DNA of 64,000 nucleotides. It comes from Octopus sinensis (Eukaryota). A model generated the notes under the pieces. It worked only from the letters and a program-made list of their open reading frames with translations, was not told where the DNA came from and made no database searches. Below, in pieces: positions 1-64,000 of this stretch. The stretch is taken from positions 46,996,001-47,060,000 of the forward strand of contig NC_043015.1 of the NCBI RefSeq assembly GCF_006345805.1. The letters are read 5' to 3'. How positions within the stretch are numbered: position 1 is the stretch's first letter; every line of letters starts with the position of its first letter. The translations under genes were made by a program, and so were the position numbers.

Positions 1-1494
1 CACTCATACAATCACTATCTCTCTGTGTCTTTTGCTTTCACACCAACTTCAAAAGATCCCCTTTCCACCCAACCCTATATTACAAAAATAAAAATTTCTT
101 ATGGAGAAGGGCTCCTGACTCCTTTTACTGCAGGCGAAGGAGTAAAAAACGAAGATATTTTCACTTGTCCGGACATTGCTATTACAGACAAATTAACAAC
201 AATTTGACTCGAGAGATAAACACAAACTACCTCATGCTGACTGCAAAAATCCTGCCAAATTAGCCGGAATAATACACACATCCATTTCATATATCTTCTT
301 TCAATTTCTGCTCTTTGATTACAAAGACGTCCAATACAATAGCTCTCACCTACATTTTGTTCTCTAAAAAGGTACGTGTCTATTTTTTCTATAAGCGTAT
401 AACAATGACTTATTTCATACTTCTCCACTTAGCTTTTATCTCCACTTTTCTTCAACTGGATACGTCTGCTGTTAAATTGCAGAACTTTGGCAGTACAGTT
501 AAAAATCATTTCTGCTTTACTTCTTACATACAATTTCCCCGTAAATTCTTACAGCTTCATTTTTTGGTGATGATTGAAATGTCAAACATTTTCTAACTGT
601 TAAGCAATTCTTAACATCAACTTCTTAATGCCTCTTCTATTTTTTTCCTGCCTCCATACTTAGTAAGAAAATCAATTAAAACTCTTTGTTCTGCCATTAA
701 AACAACCAGTTATTCACACAGCTGCCATATACTATTCCGCTAGCAACAAGGGGACTACAGGATGACAGTCAGCCAAAACTTTCCCTATGCTATCTCTCTT
801 CTTTCACCTCTTTGTGGGGTTAATTATCTTCATCTTTAGTTACAGTTTCTCATTAAAACTACATAATATGCAGAATTGTCGGATTAATACAGTAGGGTGT
901 TTTGAGGGAGATTTGGCTGCTATTTCTACCAGGCCTACCAACCATGTAGAGGTCTGAACTTGATTTTCATTCACAGATTTGCATTTCAAAAATTTCCCAC
1001 TGAGACTACGTACAAATTCTTTGTTCACAACTCCTGAAGTTGTTTTCTGCGAAGATATTTTCATTTGTCCGAGCATTGCTATTAGACAAATTAACAACAA
1101 TTCAACTCAAGAGATAAACTCAGTTGCTCACACAGCCGGCATATACCATTTCGCTAGGAACAAGGGGACTACAGGATGACAGTCAGCCAATACCTTATGC
1201 CTAACTAAAAATGATAGGCGATCTCTTATCATTTAGCTTCATGCTTATTCACTATTGTCCTTCAAAGCTGCATGCTTTTTTTTAGAAACATTTCATTACT
1301 TTTTTTCTTATTTATCATTATACATTTCCACCTATAATAAAAGATAAAGATTAATACTTCGTTCAAAAACCTTAAAGTTTCCCTTTCAGACACGGGTTCA
1401 AGTTTCAAAAAAACTATACTTTCGCTACACTTACTATTTGCTTCTTTAAAAAATCTCATGACTTTTGCCTTAGTAAAAACCATCTTTACAGATA

Positions 1495-2190
1495 ATGCCT
1501 AACCAAAAACAATCAATGCTCTGTTCCAAAAGGAATGCCCTCCTAAAACAGCGAAAAAGTGAGTTGTGTTCACAGGTACGTTTTTCAACCTTCATATCAT
1601 TTCGATTTTGCTTCCACACATTCTCCTGTATCCCATTTCAATATTGCACTTTCATATATGTCCTCTACTATTCCTTTCAGGAAACACCAGAAGCAAGAGA
1701 GGCCCGTCTTGCTGCACAGCGTAGTCATGATCAACGCTCACTACTTGACGAGCCTGTTGAAGCAAGGCAGGCCCATCTTGCTTCCATGCATATTTGAAAT
1801 CAGCGATCATTCTTTCAGGAGTCGGCAGAAACAAGGCAGGCCCGTCTTGCTGCCCTGGATGTTTCAATAATGTGTATCGGCACGTGGATGATAATCAAAA
1901 AATTATACTCCCGCGTTCTGCAGGCAACCGTCTTGAATGGACCAGCCACTGTTATAGACACATATCATATCTCTCCGACTAACTGCATATTAATGAAAAT
2001 AGAAAGATTCCAACCTCAGTTACAGATTAGATATTTGAAAAAACTTACTAGAGTTTCACAGACAATTCCAGAATATGGCGCATGGTTGCTATTTTCTCCT
2101 CCAATTGTATCAGGATAATGGTACTCAGCAGAATTAATTCTAGGATCCTAAATAGATATTAAACAAAGTGTATACAAATTTATGCAAGAA
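1495..2190 (+). mobile_element. Helitron RepHel internal-deletion relic
   Basis: N-terminal ETPEAREARL/ESAETRQARL repeats are joined to a PIF1-like helicase C-terminus (MCIGTWMIIKKLYSRVLQATVLNGPA ~ LCNGTRLxxKKL..xxxATILTGP); one stop and later decay. Confidence 0.7.
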
Positions 2191-2229
2191 TTACAAATTT
2201 ATGCATTTGTGTGTGTGTGTGTATGTATG

Positions 2230-2790
2230 TTATGTCAGGTCACTTTCAAGTGCTACTGGTAACATGTAACCCAGTACAACCTGTTGCATGGTCGGGTCGT
2301 CGGCGACTAAACCGGCAAACCCACCAAGCTCGCTTGGTGAGGAGGGTGCTTATTGGTCACACTGCGGGATGGAAAACAAAACCCGTCAAAGGGTGGAGGA
2401 ATTCTTGAGAGTCAACGGCCATCCAATAAATGTCTTAAGGTTGTATTATGCGCGGGGACATAGAAATAATCGGACTGAATACCCGATCGCGCGGTTAAAC
2501 CATTGGGAGTGAAGGACTCCTAGCCCTTGTTAGGGCATCCTTCTAGGAGAAGGTAACTCAGGTAACTGGGATAACTCCGACATAAAACCTGCGGCTCAGT
2601 GGTTACCGATGATGTTGACTTGTTCTTCTTTTCAGATTATGGCTGCTGTTGCTTAGTGAGTGGGATTGACTCAGTTCATAGCCTTTCCTCACTTAAAAAA
2701 ATATCTTCTTGCACAGGCATTGCACGATAACAACATTGATTAAGCTTCGCGCAATGGCCATACTTGATAACGAGGGGGCAGCCACCATGT
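2230..2790 (+). mobile_element. GC-rich interspersed repeat, possibly the 5' leader of an RTE-type LINE
   Basis: GC-rich block bounded by TG/TATG microsatellites; resemblance to RTE leaders recalled only, no ORF homology. Confidence 0.3.
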
Positions 2791-3271
2791 ATATATGTGT
2801 GTATGTATGTATGCATTCATGCAGTGGCGGACTGGTCAGGTTGCGAACTTGCCTGATGGCAACCATATATGGGGGATGGGGAATGTGAAAAATACTTTGG
2901 TTTCAAAGAAAATATCTGAAGTCTTAGAGAAAGAATAAAAATTTAAAAAAATAAACTAAAACAATTAAGCAAAGCAGTTGGTCAAAGAATTCCCAAAGCA
3001 ATTAGTAGAGATAAAAATTTATGATACGGCTGACAGCTGGTCAGTGGTGATAAAGTGTAGCGAAATTTATATGCATATTAATGCATTTATACATGGCTGT
3101 GTGGTAAGTAGCTTGTTTATCAACCACATTGTTCTGGGTTCAGTCCCACTGCGTGGTACCTTGGGCAAGTTTCTTCTACTATAGCCTTGAGCAAGTGTCT
3201 TCTACTATAGCCTTGGGCTGACCAAAGCCTTGTGAGTGGATTTGGTAGATGGTAACTGAAAAAGTCTGTCG

Positions 3272-3304
<33 letters not shown>

Positions 3305-3899
3305 TGTGTGTGTGTGTGTGTGTATGTGTTTGTTTGTGTCTGTTTGTCTCCCCACCATCACTTGACAACCGATGCTGGTGTGTTTACATCCCCATCACTT
3401 AGTGGTTCAGCAAAAAAGACTGATAGAATAAGGGGTTGATTTGTTCTACTGCATCATCTTTAGGAATAAAAATTGGTCAGCATAATTGTTGAAGTTGAGA
3501 GAATTTTGAAAAACAGTCATGTGACAGGTACTTTTCTTTCAAGAAATATTTTAGCTTCAACCTGATTGCAATCGAGGATGTTAATTAAATATGTGGATAA
3601 TTTTTGGTGTTTAACAATTAATATTCTTTTCTCTGTTAGATTCCATATCTATTTTTTTCCCACACTAATGTCTAATTTGATAATTTTCCATTCTCAAAAA
3701 GAGAAAAAAAATGATGTCTAAATTGGGGCAAAATGAGTAATAACTAATTTCAATAATAGCAGTTTCAGATCAGATTTTCTGTTTTGACGGTGATTACTTT
3801 TTCACCACAGTCTAATTCTTTCAGTATATCCAACCAGGACAGAGATTAAATGATGATGATGATGCTGATGATGATGATGATTATAGGAAACAAATTTAC

Positions 3900-59822
<55,923 letters not shown>

Positions 59823-61689
59823 CTGTTGTAAGACAAGAAGATTCTTTAAATTAATTTTTGTAAAAGAAAAAAGAAAATCAGAAATATTAAATTTTTAAAT
59901 GAGTGGCTGTGTGGTAAGTAGCTTGCTAACCAACCACATGTTTCCGGGTTCAGTCCCACTGCGTGGCATCTTGGGCAAGTATCTTCTACTATAGCCCCGG
60001 GCCGACCAATGCCTTGTGAGTGGATTTGGTAGACCGAAACTGAAAAAAGCCTGTCGTATATATGTATATATATATAAGTGTGTGTGTATATGTTTGTGTG
60101 TCTGTTTGTCCCCCTAGCATTACTTGACAACCGATGCTGGTGTGTTTACGTCCCCATCACTTAGCGGTTCGGCAAAAGAGACCGTTAGAATAAGTACTGG
60201 GCTTACAATGAATAAGTCCCGGGGTCGATTTGCTCGACTAAAGGCGGTGCTCCAGCATGGCCACAGTCAAATGACTGAAACAAGTAAAAGAGTATCTCAT
60301 AGAGATATGTACGGTGGTGGGGCGATAGAGTGGTTGTATACTGTCAACTTAACGTGACAGTAGGGGAATTACACCACCGCTGTTTAGCCCTAGGAAGCAT
60401 CGACGCTTCCTATCGGCCTCAACACATTTCTTGTGTCCTTACATATTTACAAAGGGGAGACAAATACCCCCAACAGCTAGGCCTGCATCTAGAGACACGC
60501 ATGTTTCAGGATCTTTGCCCATCATCGGTCTAGAGTAGCAGAGGCCTGCTAGCTGAAGATATCTGTCTAGACTTCGTAAATATATATATATATTTTCAGT
60601 GAAATTTATTCACTGATCACCAAAATCAGAAATATTAAATTTCTAAATCTTTTAATAAAATTCAATGCTTATATATTGGTAATATGTAAATTTCTTACTT
60701 CAGCTATCAGAACAACGCAGCTCTAAAACAGCTTTCAAATGAACACTCCGGAAGGGAAAATAAATAGAGGAAAACCAAACTACATGGCACAGAATATTCA
60801 TAACTGACATGATGACATGAGAAAACAGGGCTGGATTAAGAACCACAGAAACCCTAAGTACTTGAAAGATTTTTGTGTCCCTATATATATGTAATTCAAA
60901 ATATACACAATAATAAGTCATAAGGAGGCGCAATGGCCCAGTGCTTAGGGCAGCGAACTTGTGGTTTTGATTCCCAGACCGGTAGTTGTGTGTGTCTATT
61001 GAGCGTAAATACCTAAAAGCTCCACGAGGCTCCGGCAGGGGGTGTTGGCGACCCCTGTTGTACTCTTTTGCCACAACTTTCTCTCACTCTTTCTTCCTGT
61101 TTCTTGAGTAATGCTGCGATGGACTGGCGTCCTGTCCAGCTGGGGGGAACAGATACACCACAGAAACCGGGAAACCGGGCCCATGAGCCTGGCTAGGCTT
61201 GAAAAGGGCGACGTTTATCGTTTTTTTAATAAGCCATAAAATAAATTCTTAATTTTCGAAATGAAACAAAACTAACAATAAGATGGCGCAGGAGTGGCTG
61301 TGTGGTAAGTAGCTAGTTTACCAACCACATGGCTCCGGGTTCAATCCCACTGCATGGCAACTTGGGCAAGTGTCTTCTACTATAGCCTCGGGCCGACCAA
61401 AGCCTTGTGAGTGGATTTGGTAGACGGAAACTGAAAGAAGCCCGTCGTATATATGTATGTATATGTGTGTGTGTTTGTGTGTCTGTGTTTGTCCCCCTAG
61501 CATTCCTTGTGTGTTTATGTCCCCGTCACTTAGCAGTTCAGCAAAAGAGACCGATAAAATAAGTACTGGGCTTACAAAGAATAAGTCCCAGGGTCGATTT
61601 GCTCGATTAAAGGTGGTGCTCCAGCATGGCCGCAGTCAAATGACTGAAACAGGTAAAAGAGTAAAGAGTATGGAAAAATAGTTTATTTT

Positions 61690-61850
61690 TGTATGCTTCT
61701 ACTTTATTTGTATGGATAATGTTTTCTAGTTTTTTATTAATTGCAATGTCTTTGATCAGATCCTCAAAATTCATCTTATGTAACATATCCGCTTCCATAC
61801 TTAGCAGAGATAAGACATCCCGAATATTCTTTTAGCAAGTTTAAAGTGAT
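61690..61850 (-). mobile_element. hAT transposase C-terminal dimerisation-domain relic
   Basis: LSLLSMEADMLHKMNFEDLIKDIA motif. Confidence 0.6.
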
Positions 61851-62716
61851 TTCTTTTGTGCCGTAGACCATTCACCATTTCTGTGGTGCCCCCTCCCCCT
61901 CCTTTCTTTGATACACTAGGCACATGCTTATTTTGTTTAATAGTTAATCCAGTGCTGTGAGAGAATCCAATATCACATGGCTGGATGCAGAGAGAAGCAC
62001 AGCCAACAGAAACAAGTGGTTTGAACTTGTTACACCAAGAGCTAAAGAGCAACTGATACAGAATATGTGAATTACATATTCTTTTCTGCTCTAGGCACAA
62101 GGCCTGAAATTTTTGGGGAGGGGGCCAGTCGATTAGATCGACCTCAGTATGCAACTGGTACTTAATTTATCGACCTCGAAAGGATGAAGGGCAAAGTTGA
62201 CCTCGGCGGAATTTGAACTCAGAACGTAACGGCAGATGAAATACTGCTAAGCATTTCACCCGGCACGCTATTGTTTCTTACTTCTTTATTGCCCTCAAGG
62301 AGCTAAACACAGAGGGGACAAACAAGGACAGACAAAGGGATTAAGTCGATTACATCAACCCCAGTGCGTAACTGGTACTTAATTTATCGACCCCAAAAGG
62401 ATGAAAGGCAAAGTTGACCTCGGCGGAATTTGAACTCAGAACGTTTCGGCAGACGAAATACTAAGCATTTCACCCACCGTGCTATTGTTTCTGCCAGCTC
62501 ACCACCTTATGTGAATTACATATTGGTGCATGCATATATACAAGCATGCATAGATGTATACATATATTCTTGTATTCGTTGTATTATATACGTTAACGAT
62601 TCTCAGTTGGTGCAGGAATAGCGAAATGATTAAGAAGTTTGAATCCCAATCATATGGTTTTTAGTTCAGTCCCAGCCCATGGCATCTAGGGTAAGTGTTA
62701 TTCACTATTGTATGGG

Positions 62717-63099
62717 GGAAGCACTCCGTCGGTTACGACGATGAGGGTTCCGGTTGATCCGAATCAACGGAACAGCCTGCTCGTGAAATTAACGTGTAAG
62801 TGGCTGAGCACTCCACAGACACGTGCACCCTTAACGTAGTTCTCGGGGATATTCAGCGTGACACAGAGAGTGACAAGGCCGGCCCTTTGAAGTACAGGTA
62901 CAACAGAAACAGGAAGTAAGAGTGAGAGAAAGTTGTGGTGAAAGAGTACAGCAGGGATCACCACCATCCCCTGCCAGAGCCTCGTGGAGCTTTTAGGTGT
63001 TTTCGCTCAATAAACACTCACAACGCCCGGTCTGGGAATCGAAACCGCGATCCTATGGCCGCGAGTCCACTGCCCTAACCACTGGGCCATTGCGCCTCC
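62717..63099 (-). mobile_element. tRNA-Arg-like SINE (OR-type) nested in an old family-1 SINE
   Basis: Head ggaggcgcaatggcccagtggttagggcagtggactcgcgg; host SINE halves on both sides. Confidence 0.85.
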
Positions 63100-63452
63100 A
63101 CTTTTGTATAGTCCTGGATTGAACAAAGCCCAGTGAGTAGATTTGATAGATGGAAACTATCGGTAAAACATAAATTCCAAAAAAGAAGTTATAAAGCAGT
63201 ATATTATATAATCCCATAATTTAAAAAAAAAAACACAATTCTTGTAACCCAAGATTTCCTGCTCAAGATGATAAACCGTTTATCAAGCTGAAAACAAGAC
63301 ACATGTGTGTGTCAGTTATCTTTTGAGCAGATAACATTGAAAGAAGAGACACATTGTAAAGAAGCCAAGAAGACACAAGGGAGATAACCAATGTTACACT
63401 AATTTAATATCAAGAACACACAAACCAGATGCCAATGGTTTACTAAGTGTCC

Positions 63453-63831
63453 GGAGGCGCAATGGCCCAGTGGTTAGGGCAGTGGACTCGCGGTCATAGG
63501 ATCGCGGTTTCAATTCCCAGACCGGGCGTTGTGAGTGTTTATTGAGCGAAAACACCTAGAGCTCCACGTGGCTCCAGCAGGATGGTGGTGATCCCTGCTG
63601 TACTCTTTCACCACAACTTTCTCTCACTCTTACTTCCTGCTTCTGTTGTACCTGTACTTCAAAGGGCCGGCCTTGTCACTCTCTGTGTCACGCTGAATAT
63701 CCCAGAGAACTACGTTAAGGGTACACATGTCTGTGGAGTGCTCAGCCACTTACATGTTAATTTCACGAGCAGGCTGTTCTGTTGATCGGATCAAACGGAA
63801 CCCTCGTCGTCGTAACCGACGGAGTGCTTCC
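63453..63831 (+). mobile_element. tRNA-Arg-like SINE (OR-type)
   Basis: 11-bp TSD actaagtgtcc at 63442-63452 and 63832-63842; related copy at 60925-61210. Confidence 0.9.
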
Positions 63832-64000
63832 ACTAAGTGTCCAGTGGTCTACTGTTAAATTCTGACAAGTTGTATTTCTTGAAATGTGAACATACATAAA
63901 AAAAAAAAAACTTGTTCTTTGAATTTATGTATTCATTGGAAGTTCTCAAGATTTTTACGAGATACAGTTTTTAAAGAGAACACAACGAACATTTTTTGGA

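Noticed and set aside
63255-63290. Candidate upstream exon after a ttgttttcag acceptor
   Set aside because: No compatible phase-1 donor with an open frame; the N-terminal exons probably lie beyond 64000
63453-63525. tRNA genes suggested by box A/box B heads
   Set aside because: Heads continue into SINE bodies with tails and TSDs; no complete cloverleaf

Overview
AT-rich (microsatellite- and transposon-dense) eukaryotic genomic DNA. The SINE families resemble octopus tRNA-derived SINEs, so an octopod or coleoid origin is inferred. The window is almost entirely intronic to one minus-strand gene, rebuilt by hand from 13 GT-AG exons (59822 down to 3900). All 12 splice junctions join in phase, giving about 617 codons without a stop. 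The product is a 'tall' type-I cytokine receptor of the Domeless/gp130 type: partial Ig-like domain, two-FN3 cytokine-binding region, three FN3, transmembrane helix and a short juxtamembrane segment. The N-terminus and the rest of the cytoplasmic tail were not found in the window. The introns carry dozens of SINEs (four to five families), relics of RTE, CR1, Tx1/L1, R4/Dong-like, Penelope-like and Gypsy retroelements, and Tc1, hAT, piggyBac-type, foldback and Helitron DNA elements. Most ORFs in the supplied track are spurious SINE or microsatellite read-throughs. The main second-look items are the divergent, possibly decoy-type receptor; SINE concatemers with the same junction at three loci; three hammerhead-like motifs in Penelope-like relics; an RTE LINE with twin-priming geometry; and an intron-containing Helitron deletion derivative. 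All family assignments come from recalled motifs; no database search was run.
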